A DNA stretch of 63,731 nucleotides, filler included, from Reticulomyxa filosa (Eukaryota; Protista; Foraminifera): NCBI GenBank assembly GCA_000512085.1. It is 24 parts of 24 records of this genome, joined end to end, with 100 filler letters (N's around TTAATTAATTAA, not from the genome) between each part and the next. Parts side by side here need not be neighbours in the genome. Positions count along the whole stretch, not along the records: positions 22,236 to 23,679 come from ASPP01024123.1; positions 23,780 to 25,914 come from ASPP01050309.1; positions 26,015 to 27,313 come from ASPP01023760.1; positions 27,414 to 28,511 come from ASPP01000279.1; positions 28,612 to 32,342 come from ASPP01025918.1; positions 32,443 to 35,151 come from ASPP01021846.1; 18 more parts are not named here. One strand, written 5' to 3'. Position numbers and translations under genes: made by a program. The notes beneath the pieces were generated by a model, which did not search any database, had not been told where the DNA came from, and saw nothing but the letters and a program-made list of their open reading frames with translations. Within the stretch, counting starts at the first letter, position 1; each line of letters opens with the position of its first letter. This document shows, piece by piece, positions 22,393 through 33,945 of the stretch.

Positions 22393-23679
22393 CTAACAGT
22401 CGCAGAGGGTAGGAAGGACAAAGAAATTTGCGTGCGTATTTTGTTGAGAACAAACTGGAAAAGGGTCTTGCAAGTTGTCTTGGACGACAACGGCCAAAAT
22501 GTTCATAGCAATTAGGGACACAATACTTAACACACACATTTCCAAATGTTTCGTCCACGAGTCCTTGTACTCACATCGACGAGGCTGATACCACGGAGGA
22601 AATACACAAGAGATAGACCAAAGGGTGTTGACGTACTTGTTGAACATCATCCCAACGGACACGACTATCCAGAGTGTAGTCTTTGCAGCAAAAGGCATAA
22701 AGTTCATTGTGTTCTGGTACACCACGTCCGCAGTCAGAAAAAAGCCTATAAACAATGTAATTTCTCCCAACAAGCTTATTATCGTCAAAATCCAGAAGCG
22801 GAGTTGACTGCGGCCCCAGCATGAGCATCGTGCCAGTTGCTCCTCTTCATGTCCAGCTTGTTGTATTACTTGCACTGTTTCGATTTCGGCTTCTAATTCT
22901 GGTCCAAGTTGTACTTGCGGTTGTGATCGTGACAGCGACAGCGATTGCGATTGTGATTGTGATTGTGATTGTGATTGTGATTGCATGGGTTCTTGTAGAT
23001 TAGCATTTGTGTCTTTGATTATCTCAGAGTGGTTAGATTTGACAGTGACTGTCTGAATACGTTTGTTGTCTTGTGCATCTGCAACGCGATTGGAAAGCAC
23101 ACGCAAACTATGGTAATCGAAAGGAAGCGTCAAGGACTTGGTGCGCAGCGGTTTTTTACTGGAACCCGAGTTGCTCTTGTCAAGATTGCGATCGAGTATT
23201 GGAGTGCGTTCAGTTGGTGGCTGTATCGTTAGTTTGGTCACTTGCAAACCTCGTTTCGGTGACAGTTGTTGTTGTTGTTGTTGTTGTTTGGACATTTGCG
23301 CTAGCCGTGACTTTTGTTGCTGCAGTTTTTTGGATCCATACATAAAAAACTCGGATGGACGATTGGACCCTAGGAACCCAGCGTTTTGGTACAAAGTGCC
23401 ACTCGCCCACACAATGATCAGACCTATCACACTGTACACAATATCCACAATCGTGTCGTCTCCAAACACTTCGTTGATCAGGTATGGGAAATACCCGTAA
23501 TCATTGGATATCAGGTTCCATGCGCTCACCCACACTAGCACGGAACAGTAGGTCGCTACCAATGCTCTCAAATTCGTTTTCCAAGTCGATTCGCTTCCAA
23601 ACTCGCTTAGAATCTCTTTATACGTATGCTTTTTTCGCCAAGGAGCGGCCTTTGAACCATTTTTTTTTTTTTTTTTTTT
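22393..23679 (-). CDS. Multi-pass membrane protein, Fuseless-like, with poly-Q and (QS)n tracts, partial
   Basis: VLVWVSAWNLI...VIGLIIVWASGTLYQNAG and several hydrophobic helices. Family assignment is tentative. Confidence 0.55.
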   Translation of the reverse strand, partial: KKKKKKNGSKAAPWRKKHTYKEILSEFGSESTWKTNLRALVATYCSVLVWVSAWNLISNDYGYFPYLINEVFGDDTIVDIVYSVIGLIIVWASGTLYQNAGFLGSNRPSEFFMYGSKKLQQQKSRLAQMSKQQQQQQQLSPKRGLQVTKLTIQPPTERTPILDRNLDKSNSGSSKKPLRTKSLTLPFDYHSLRVLSNRVADAQDNKRIQTVTVKSNHSEIIKDTNANLQEPMQSQSQSQSQSQSQSLSLSRSQPQVQLGPELEAEIETVQVIQQAGHEEEQLARCSCWGRSQLRFWILTIISLLGEITLFIGFFLTADVVYQNTMNFMPFAAKTTLWIVVSVGMMFNKYVNTLWSISCVFPPWYQPRRCEYKDSWTKHLEMCVLSIVSLIAMNILAVVVQDNLQDPFPVCSQQNTHANFFVLPTLCDC

Positions 23680-26263
23680 NNNNNNNNNNNNNNNNNNNNN
23701 NNNNNNNNNNNNNNNNNNNNNNNTTAATTAATTAANNNNNNNNNNNNNNNNNNNNNNNNNNNNNNNNNNNNNNNNNNNNAAATTTCGCAGCTAAGAAAAC
23801 AAATGACAAAAATTTTTCTTCGGATGACATCATTCAAGTTTTCGTGATCATTAATTTGGAGGTAGTCGACATTGGTTTGCGCTTGATCTCTGTGAATCGG
23901 AGCGTTGTAGCCCAAGTCAGAGATATAGACGCAACGCAGCCGATCAAAGCTAGCAAGAGAGCAGTCATTCAACTGCTGGAAATGTATATAAACTGGTTTT
24001 TTTTGCAATTACAACAGCATAACATTTTTGCCTATACTCTATATGTCGACACTCGAATCAGCCGTCTCATGTTTGATTTTCGCATGCCTTGGGTTATATA
24101 TTTGGAAGTACTCCAATTGCGAATGCCGGATTTGAGCAAGTTAGTTGTAATTTCAAATCACTCGGGTAAAATTGTTCTTGTTTTTATTATTAGTTCCGGA
24201 ATTGATACTTTAGACAAAATCTCATCACCAGAGACAACTTCTCAGCGTGAGAAAGCATTTGCGCGTCATCTGCGGCCTGAAGAGGGACTTCTAATGAGTA
24301 TTCTACTTCGGTTCTCATGTGTAAAAAACAAAAATCTTGGTAATCCTTATGTATTTTTTTTCTTGTGAGGTCAACATGTAAAAAAGGTCCTTTGTCTTTG
24401 TATTCTCGTTGATGTTATGACAATTTTATTTTTGAAAACTGTTCACTAAATATTTGTAATTTTTATATATTAAAAGAGAACTGCAATATACTTCGCAAAA
24501 TAAATACAAAAAATATTATAAAATATTTACTGAACAAAACCGAAGTTGGAAAAAGTACCTTTTTTGATCTTCAAATCTTCAAGCGCTCCAAATTTGTCCA
24601 TCGTTGTTATTAATTAAAATCCAATTGTAGAGAGGAGATAATGTGCAAGAAACATGAAAATGCGAGTGAAGTTGTCCACGCAACGACCAACCTACAAATA
24701 CAAGATAGCTTGGAGGGCAATGCAAACGAAGAACAGAGTGCAAGCGAAAAAGAACGAATGATCCAATGTCCAATCAAGAGGTAAGTGAGAAATATTTTGT
24801 AGTCGATGTCTATTTAATATTATTATGCAAACATATTTTTTTTTTTGAGGGAAATATACTACTTTTTTTTTGTACAAATTGTGTGTTTGCAATGTATACG
24901 TATGTTCATGATTGAATAACTGGTTACAGAGCTCCAAGTAATATCACGACAAATGAAGTAGTTTTAGACTATTTCAATTTGCGTGAAATTAATGGAGGGC
25001 GATTGTTGGATATAATTGGCACCAAAAAAGGCTGCATGATTAACTTTGATTCATTTATCATTGGATTGGCTCAAGTAATTAAAGAAATATGCATTTTTTC
25101 ATTTTCTCAATGAAATCTATTTTTCATGTTCTCATTACAATCTTTTTTTTCCATTTTATCACTACAATCAATCTTTTCATAGAAAAAATAACTAATACAA
25201 AAACAATTATCTTAAAATAGACAAAACAGTACAATGGCGGGGCATTGGGCGAGGTCGATAAGTTGATAAAAATATATAGACATTGTACGCAAGAGTTGAC
25301 ATCAAAAAAGAATTTGGGTGCTGGTTGTTGGCATAATATCAAAAACGACATCATCTTTCGTAGTATAACAATGGTATCGGCGAATTAAATGTCCAGTTAA
25401 TAACAAAAAAAAGAAATTTCTTTTAGACTTATTATTTAAAAAATGATGATCTTGGTATCTAAAATATACAATATACTCAGGCCGATTTGAACAAATGGAA
25501 TATGCTCCGCTTGTTGAAGATATGGCAAAGCGTTGATCAATTGGTGGAGAATGCGACTGACAAGAGTGGCAAGGAAACAAGTCAGAAAAAATTCTTCGTG
25601 ATGGGTTACTCACAACCCAGACGCAATGAAAATATTGGAAATGGAATTTTACAAACAAATATGGGAGAAATGAGCGAGATTTCCAAAAAAAAACAATGTA
25701 AAATTATTTCATCTGGCAATTGGAATGCTTGGATACTTTTGATTGCATTGTTAATGTAGAAGGCTGTGCGTGGCTACATTGAATGTCTACAATATATCAT
25801 AGTGTTGAGATTCCACAATCTCGCGCAGCGCCAAGCCACCAAGACAAAATATTTTATATGTTACTGCACGCTCACAAATGCCGGCCAACTACATCGACAA
25901 TATCTATTTATTCCNNNNNNNNNNNNNNNNNNNNNNNNNNNNNNNNNNNNNNNNNNNNTTAATTAATTAANNNNNNNNNNNNNNNNNNNNNNNNNNNNNN
26001 NNNNNNNNNNNNNNATTTTTTGTTTTAGTTTGCTTTAATTTTGCTAAAAGAAGTGAATTGAATCTTAATATTTCACTGAGACTTCAACCCTTCGAAAACA
26101 AGGCTCAGAAGATTCAGTTGAGCATGGAAGAGACAAATTTGTTTTCACAACTGTTGATTGATCTCACCGTGCAACATTTGAGATTTATTGTTTTTTTTAT
26201 ATTTTAAAGATTAAATTAAACTTACAATTTTTTTCATTTGTTGTTGATTGTGTGAGTTTTTGA

Positions 26264-26600
26264 TATGTTTTGTTGATTTTTTCCTTTTTTTTGTTTGTTT
26301 TCATTAGAGTACTTTGTTCCTTTTGGGACGAGATGCTCATTTTAACTTGGATAAAAAAAAAAATTTGTTCTAAGAAATAGAACACAGTACTCAAAAAGAA
26401 AGACGCGCAAAATCTTACAACGGTCAAAAGGTCCACGCAAAGAAAACAATAAAGTTAAGTTGAGATTGTCTTGAAGAAACTTGACAAATGTTCAAATCCT
26501 TCACTTGGTATCAATTACAATCTTTTCAAATGATTGTGCTTCAATCACATTAGATGAAATATCATGGCATTATATGTCTTGGATTATCAATCTCCTTGCA
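26264..26600. repeat. Rearranged relic of the LINE family seen at 1856-3879
   Basis: 26264-26352 is the reverse complement of 3793-3879. 26371-26455 is a direct match to 2141-2258. 26457-26600 is the reverse complement of 1856-1945 plus 2078-2130. Confidence 0.8.
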
Positions 26601-27413
26601 AATCCAATGTCTGTTCCATTGCTATGTAAAGAATAGATTTATTTGGATGGGGATTTCCAAGCCTAACAGAGATCATAGCCAGTGCAAGAATCATAGGCCG
26701 ATGCATTGTTATCAGGTGTTGATAAATTAATGTAAAGGGGAGATTAATGTAATGAATTTTAACAAATTTTGTAGATCTTTTCCTTTTTATTTGAGTATTT
26801 CTTAGAACAAAAAAAAAAAAGAAATTTTTTTTAGATGATGGCTATAAGCCTAAAAAGAAAACAAAACAAAACAAGACTCAAATTTTCAATCATTACAATT
26901 TTGTATTAAAATGTTGAAACAAAATAAAAAAAAATTGGTTTTTACTTAGAAATTTGAAAAGGAAGCATCAATAAAGTCAGTTGCGAGTGTGAATGTTGGT
27001 TGTCCAACATTATGCAAAGCCTTTACCTCTAATCAAAAGTCGCAATATGTAACCATAAAATCAAAAGAAACTCTTTGACCAACAACAAAATAAAATAACA
27101 AAAAACTTTTTATTTGAGCGAAGTTAATAAAGAAATCAAAATGTTAAAAAATTAATTTTAAATCTCCCTTATACGAAGATATAATAGCATGCTCAGTGGA
27201 GTGTCCCCCTCTTCATTCTGCTGTGACGCATTATTCTTCTTAATAAATCTTCTGAGCATCAGTGAAATATTAAACACTTATTATTAAAGAAAATCATGTG
27301 AATGTTGTTGCTGNNNNNNNNNNNNNNNNNNNNNNNNNNNNNNNNNNNNNNNNNNNNTTAATTAATTAANNNNNNNNNNNNNNNNNNNNNNNNNNNNNNN
27401 NNNNNNNNNNNNN

Positions 27414-27866
27414 ATCTCTTTCTCTTCCAATGATAATTGGATGATTGTGATTGTCTGTGAAAGGAAGCCATTCATTGTAATTGTTTGATTGATTTAATTG
27501 ATTAAATTTATTTAATTTTTTTGATTTATTTTCATCATTATTGTTGTCATCGCTCCAAACACTTACATATTTCATCACCAATGTATGTTTATTATATCCA
27601 CCAAAAGACAACAAAGTGATTTGATTGTTATCTTTGTCTTTGTTACTGTTGCTATCTACCAGTTTCACTACACAGTGCCCTTCTAATTCAACACCAATTG
27701 GATAATCACAGAAAAACTTGTATTCGTTTTTGAGTGTATGATAAGAATAACAAGCTCTTTCACCTTTACCTCCACAAATGAGGAGTTCGTGTTTGTGTAG
27801 CACACATTGAGATTGATCAAGTAAAATGGGTGACTCCATCAAAGTTTGAAAGATTTGGTTGCTCAT
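27414..27866 (-). CDS. Kelch-repeat protein of an expanded family, 3' partial
   Basis: SQCVLHKHELLICGG...CYSYHTLKNEY...GHCVVKL...LLSFGG. Confidence 0.85.
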
Positions 27867-28611
27867 GTTGTTAATGTTAATGAACTATGAAGTAGTTAAA
27901 TTTTTTTAAAAGGGAGAATGACATGAAAAAGTCATTTTTTAAAGTATTTGATAATCTCACAAAAAATCAAAATCAATATTTATAACAAAACTAATGATTA
28001 CACTGACGAAAGCTGATTATTTTCGATAATAAATAAAAAAATTTCATTTTCCTTTTCATATCATTTTTGCGCTGGAATAACTATTAAACAAGGTTTTTGT
28101 GTAATAAAAAATGTGATGTAAAATGTGACTGTCTTATCTTCAGAAATTTAATCTGTTTCAAATGAAAATACTTGACACTTTTGATATTATTACAGTAATT
28201 ATTTGAGAAAGAAGAAAAACAAGTAAAAATTTCCATATTATCTAACTTTGTTCCTTCATTTGATTGTAAGATCATATTTAAGTCATACAAATTATTAATA
28301 ATTCATGTTTTTTCGGTATGTTATTTCGTGTTTTTAAATTCCAAGTTTTAGTGAATTAATAACAATGTCATTATGTGTGAACAAAGTAATTTATTAAATC
28401 TAAGTATATATTACCACTTTGATGAGCTTATTCTAAACAATGATTATGTAAAGCAAGGAATCACAAATTTTTGTGTATTCTGAATTTCCAAAATGCTCAT
28501 TCTATTCATTANNNNNNNNNNNNNNNNNNNNNNNNNNNNNNNNNNNNNNNNNNNNTTAATTAATTAANNNNNNNNNNNNNNNNNNNNNNNNNNNNNNNNN
28601 NNNNNNNNNNN

Positions 28612-29125
28612 TTCCATTCTATTCAATATGCAATCACAAACATTCGCAAAAAGTTTTTTTTATCATTTCTACATTTTTTAACTTGTTGATATTGGAAGTA
28701 GAAGATATCTCCTTTAATTTTATATTTGTATCTGCATAAATTTGATTACATTGTTTCCATGTACTTAAAATGGTTGTTTTGTCAATCTTATTATCATATT
28801 CTTCTAGTAATCTCATTAAAAGCAGCTGTTGTTGAAGAGTTATTCTATAATTGATGTATTTATTAATTTGTAAAAAAATAATATTTGAACAAGTCTGTTG
28901 TAAAGCGTTGGTTATAACTTATTCTCTACAATGAAATTCAGGACCATAGTTGTTTCATCAACGTTTTCTTTGCACAAATTCCAGATTTTTGAAACAATTT
29001 CTTTTCTAATTGCGCTAAAGTTGTCTTGAAGTCGTTCCATTTGAAACACTCAAGTTTAATACTTCTAACAGCTCTTTGGAAAAACTCTTTTTCGAACTGG
29101 AACGAAGTACACCCGGAAAAAAGTA
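28612..29125 (-). CDS. Fragment of an unidentified multi-exon gene or pseudogene
   Basis: Short exon-like frames such as QQQLLLMRLLEEYDNKIDKTTILSTW, separated by AT-rich intron-like gaps. Confidence 0.35.
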
Positions 29126-30015
29126 AATATTTTACTCTTATATTACATTTATTTCATAACAAAAATGAATATTAAAAATATTCTCTTTATTGATAAAGTA
29201 AATAATTTGATCTACTTTTACACTTTCTCCCATTCAACGATGTTAAAGTCAAAAGAGTCCCATCATTTTGTTAGGGTAAATGGATGTTGATTATGCAATT
29301 TAAACAAGGTAAACAGGTAAAATCCACATATTTAGCAAATTTTTTATTTTTTAAAGTAGATTAGCTTTTCAAGGATTTTATTTTGCTGGCAAAGATTTTT
29401 TGATTTTTCACTCCGGAGTGGCACAAAAAACTACTCCACTTTTTTACTGAGGATTCGTTTCTACAATCTAAAAAATTTTAATGCATTAACTATTTTTCAC
29501 AATTCATACAATTCATTGGAATATAATAAATTGATATAAAATATGATATATGTTACAAAATCTTCACTATTTCTTTTGTGAATAAACAAGAAAATATTCC
29601 TTTATTTATGTTATTGACAACAATTAAAGTTAGAAAAATATTATGTAAGGTTATTTATAAAGTTGGATGTAATTTCAATGTTATTCTTATCAATACATTG
29701 TATAGTAAGTACGTTGAAATTGATCTTTTATTCAAACTATCTTTAAAAATTCAATTGACTAATTTCTATAATATATCGACATTATCAAATAATTAAAACA
29801 ATTGACAGTGTTATGACGACAATTTATTGGAAAAAAAAAAATATTTGTCAATAATTTCTCTTTTCTACTCATTTGGGATATCAAGTAACTTATTCATAAA
29901 GAGATTGTCCTTAAGAAAAAAAATCAAACAACATTCCAAATTTTAAAACGCATTAACCAAAAATATAAATTAAGACACACTTTAATGTCTTTCAATGAAA
30001 TTTTAAACAAAAAAT

Positions 30016-31396
30016 TCATCCCCAAACACGAATTGGACCATTACCTGAACCATAAAATAAATTAATACAACCATTATTTTTTAAATTTTGTTCATTGTTC
30101 TTCACTTTCTTTTTCAATTCAATAAATTTAAGACAACATATTCCATCATCTTTTTTATGTCCTTTGATAATATATAATTCTTTCTTATTTGATCGAATAT
30201 CCCAAAAACGAATTGTATTATCATCTGATCCAGAACATATCACTTTTGAATTACCATCAATAATTTCATCACTATTCTTTATTACAAATGGTGAATATTC
30301 AACAGCACAAACATAATTTGTATGTTTATTAAATATTTGAATTTGTTGACCAGATCGAATATCCCACAAACGAGCATTTTTATCCCATGATCCAGATAAT
30401 ATTGTATTTATCAATTCATTTGATCCATATTTTACACTCGCCACAAAATTTTCATGTCCTTTGAATAAAATCAATGGTTTGGTTGTTTCAATATCCCATA
30501 TTCGAATAGTATTATCACATGATCCAGAACAAATGGTATATCCATTACCACCAATCACACCAATATCATTACTTTCATTATTGTTGTTATTGCTTTGCAA
30601 TGGTGAAATATCAATACATTTAACAACATTTTTATGTCCTTTGAAAATATGTAATGATTTGGATGTTTCAACATCCCATAAACGAATAGTTTTGTCCCAT
30701 GATCCAGAACACACATATTTACCACCATTAAATGGTGAGAATTCAATTCCACCAATCCATCCATTGTGTTCATCGAATACTTGAAATTGTTGATTATGTT
30801 TGACATCCCAAAAATAAATTGTTTTACCACCAAGTGAAGAACAAATAACATTACGATGGTAATTGTGATAATGATATGGTGAAAATTTTACACAGCACAC
30901 AGGTCCTGCATGTCCACTGAATAATTGAATTTGTTGATTGGTCTCTACATCCCATGCACGAATCGTTTTATCATATGATGCAGAACAAAGTAATTGATTA
31001 TTATCAAATACTGAAAAATCAATACTCAACACAGGATCAGTGTGTCCAGTGAATGTATTGATTAATTTGGATGATGAACTAAATGAATCAAGGATGAGGA
31101 CAGTAGTTGCCTATATTAAATATGATTATTTTATCACATCGACTATTATTTGAATGAAAAACAAATTAACAAAAAGAAACATAACATAATCGACAATAAG
31201 TTTGTCAAAATCCTGAATCCATCCTAATCGAATGCGTAATACTCGAATCCAATGTTGGATAATGATCTGAATCTCTTCTTCTAACTAATTCAATCACAAG
31301 CAAGATGAAAGAAAGCGTAACTTTGTGAAAGAATGAAATGTAAGTTACCAAGGCCAGTTGCGTTGAAGTTTGCTTTTCGTTGCTAGAAGTAGTCAT
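30016..31396 (-). CDS. WD40-repeat protein with an N-terminal helical box, 3 exons
   Basis: Multiple GH...CSGS.D.TIR.WD repeats. Upstream exons MTTSSNEKQTSTQLAL and EEEIQIIIQHWIRVLRIRLGWIQDFDKLIVDY. Confidence 0.93.
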
Positions 31397-32169
31397 TCTT
31401 TTGATTTCTCTTGCTTTTCTCCTGATATCGTTGTTAGATGAAAAATTACTTGAACTTTTTTATATCAAGATCAAAAAAAGGAAAAGGTTGTTAAATTACT
31501 TTGTTCTTCAAATATTTATCATTAGAAATTGACTATATTTCAATAGCCTTTTACATAATAAATTTACACCGAAAATGGAATTATCCTTCTTTGCATGTGA
31601 ACAAAAAAAAAAAAAAAACATTAAAAAGATGACTATCATATTACTGCTACGTGTAGAAGAAAGTTAAAACATCTTCTCTCGATGGATGGTTATGACAATG
31701 AATGCGTAACATCCTCGAATAAACAGAGGTTCTTAAAAAAATGTACAATTTTTACTATGCAAGAAGACATGATAATTGCAAAAAGGATTTCATTCTTTAA
31801 ATATGTATTTAGAACAAGCAGAGCTGGAAAATGTTTGTTTTTCATTTTCTGAGTTTTTTTTCCATCTCTTTCACATTCAACACCAGCACTGTATTTCTTT
31901 ATTATAATGAAAGTTTTTTTTTTCCCCAAAAAGTTTTCATTTCAAAAAAGGGGAAAATCTAAAACTCTGATAGTTTTGTTTATTTTTCTTTTTTGGTTGT
32001 TTGTACGTGTTGATTAAAAATTCCACACTTTCTAGCTCTATTTATCCTTTTTAAATTGTATTTCACAATTATTTTTTGTATATCTTAACTCTAAGATATT
32101 TTTAAAAATTCAGTTTTTTAAATAAAAGTAATTATTACCCCTTTCATTAAAAAAAAAAAAAAAAAAGAG

Positions 32170-32342
32170 ATGATGCTCTCGAATGTTGAAAGTGAAGAAA
32201 AAAAGTTGGAAAACCAAAAAGAAACCTTTTCCCTTTCTGGTTGCTTCCCCAAAGAGTGGATATCGTTGACAAATGAACCAGAAAAAGTAGAGACTTTAAC
32301 TTGCTATCTTTGCAATCAAATTGCAAATAATGGAATGGAATT
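32170..32342 (+). CDS. N-terminus of a RING/TRAF-type zinc-finger protein, partial
   Basis: CFPKEWI...LTCYLCNQIANN; paralogous to 49920-50274. Confidence 0.7.
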
Positions 32343-32442
32343 NNNNNNNNNNNNNNNNNNNNNNNNNNNNNNNNNNNNNNNNNNNNTTAATTAATTAANN
32401 NNNNNNNNNNNNNNNNNNNNNNNNNNNNNNNNNNNNNNNNNN

Positions 32443-32581
32443 TTGAATTGAACAAAGTGCAAAAAACTTATTCAAATAAATTAAAATTTCACAATCACTC
32501 AGGTGAAACCTGCGGTTTCACCTGACTAATTATGTATTTTTAATTTATTTGAATAAGTTTTTTGCACTTTGTTCAATTCAA
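32443..32581. repeat. Imperfect ~140-bp palindrome (foldback)
   Basis: Perfect ~44-bp outer arms, a mismatched inner segment, then TCAGGTGAAACC-TGC-GGTTTCACCTGA. Confidence 0.92.
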
Positions 32582-32803
32582 ATTTTTTTTTTATGGGTTT
32601 GATGTTGTTTTTTGTTGCTCTTATATTTATGTTTCTGACTAATTTGTACTTTGAATTGTTTTTTTTTATTTTATTGCTGATTTTTTGATAAGTAAATATA
32701 TTTCGTTTTGCGTTTAAATATTATCGTTTATTTTTGTTTTTATGTTTTTTCTTTGCATTCTGCTTTTTTTAGTTTAACTGCTTTATTTTTTTTATTTACT
32801 TAT

Positions 32804-33945
32804 TTATTTTTTGAAAAATTTAATTAAATATGCATTAAAGTTAGCATGTCCATTCATTGATAAAATTTTGAACAAAGGTAACAAGAAAATCGTGTCTTGT
32901 TTTGCTAAACTTTGCAGTATCGTTTTCATTAAATCTTTTAACAACAATAATTTATCAAAGAAATGTCCGATTGTTGTATCTTTTGCTTTTCCAGAATTTG
33001 TCCAAGTGTCTACGGACATTGTTGTATCCTGTTTATTTACGTAATTAAACATTGAAGTATTACGACTTCCACTAAAACAAAAAGTTCTTCCAATTCCAAT
33101 TGCACCAATTGCATCTAAACGATCCGCATCTTGAACGCATTTAATCACTGGATTGTTTTCTAAAAATTTTATATATTCAGAATGCTGTACTGGATCTTTT
33201 TTATGTTTTTGTTCTTTGCTGTAAGAGACGTAGTCAATTATTTCTTCTATTTTTTTAATGTATTCTTGTGAGATTCCATATTTCACAAGAATATTATTGA
33301 GATCTTCACTTTTTTCTTTTTTTGATTCACTATTTTATGTTTATTTAATTCATACATTTAGTTAATGATAATATGTTGTTGTTTTTTTTTAACTTGTATT
33401 TGTGGTCAAAGACATCATGCAACAAAGCACAAAGTTCAATTAATTTCAATTGTTCATCATCCATCTTTTCGCATGTACCAATGTACAATGCTAATTTGCG
33501 AACTCGCAATATGTGATTATAGTCATGCGAACCATCATATTTACTCATGCTTTTTTTTACTATACGTAACCACACAAATATTTTATGTTTTAATTCAATA
33601 TACGCATACGTACACTTTTATAAATCTGTACCAAATATCTCGATCTCGTTTCTAAACTCTGGATCCATTAATGATTTTAGTGATATCTAAACATTTGCAT
33701 TCAAACACAACAATAACATTTTGAATGCAAATAATTTTGAAATGTACACAAACCATATTGGAATGCTTGTCAATTAGATTCCACGAGAAATTGCAGCAGT
33801 CTTCGCTCTTCTTTATTTTTTTGCTTTGTGTTTGTTTTGACTCTTCGCTTCCATTTGAATGGTCATGGGTATCATCTTTACGAGAGTCGCTCAGAGTTTG
33901 TTTGTGACTTAAAGTTGAAACATCTTCCGTTTTTCTTTCTGACAT
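32804..33945 (-). CDS. HD-domain metal-dependent phosphohydrolase with introns
   Basis: DGSHDYNHILRV, ALLHDVFDHKY, VQDADRLDAIGAIGIGRTF, HFFDKLLLLKDLMKT. Confidence 0.9.
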
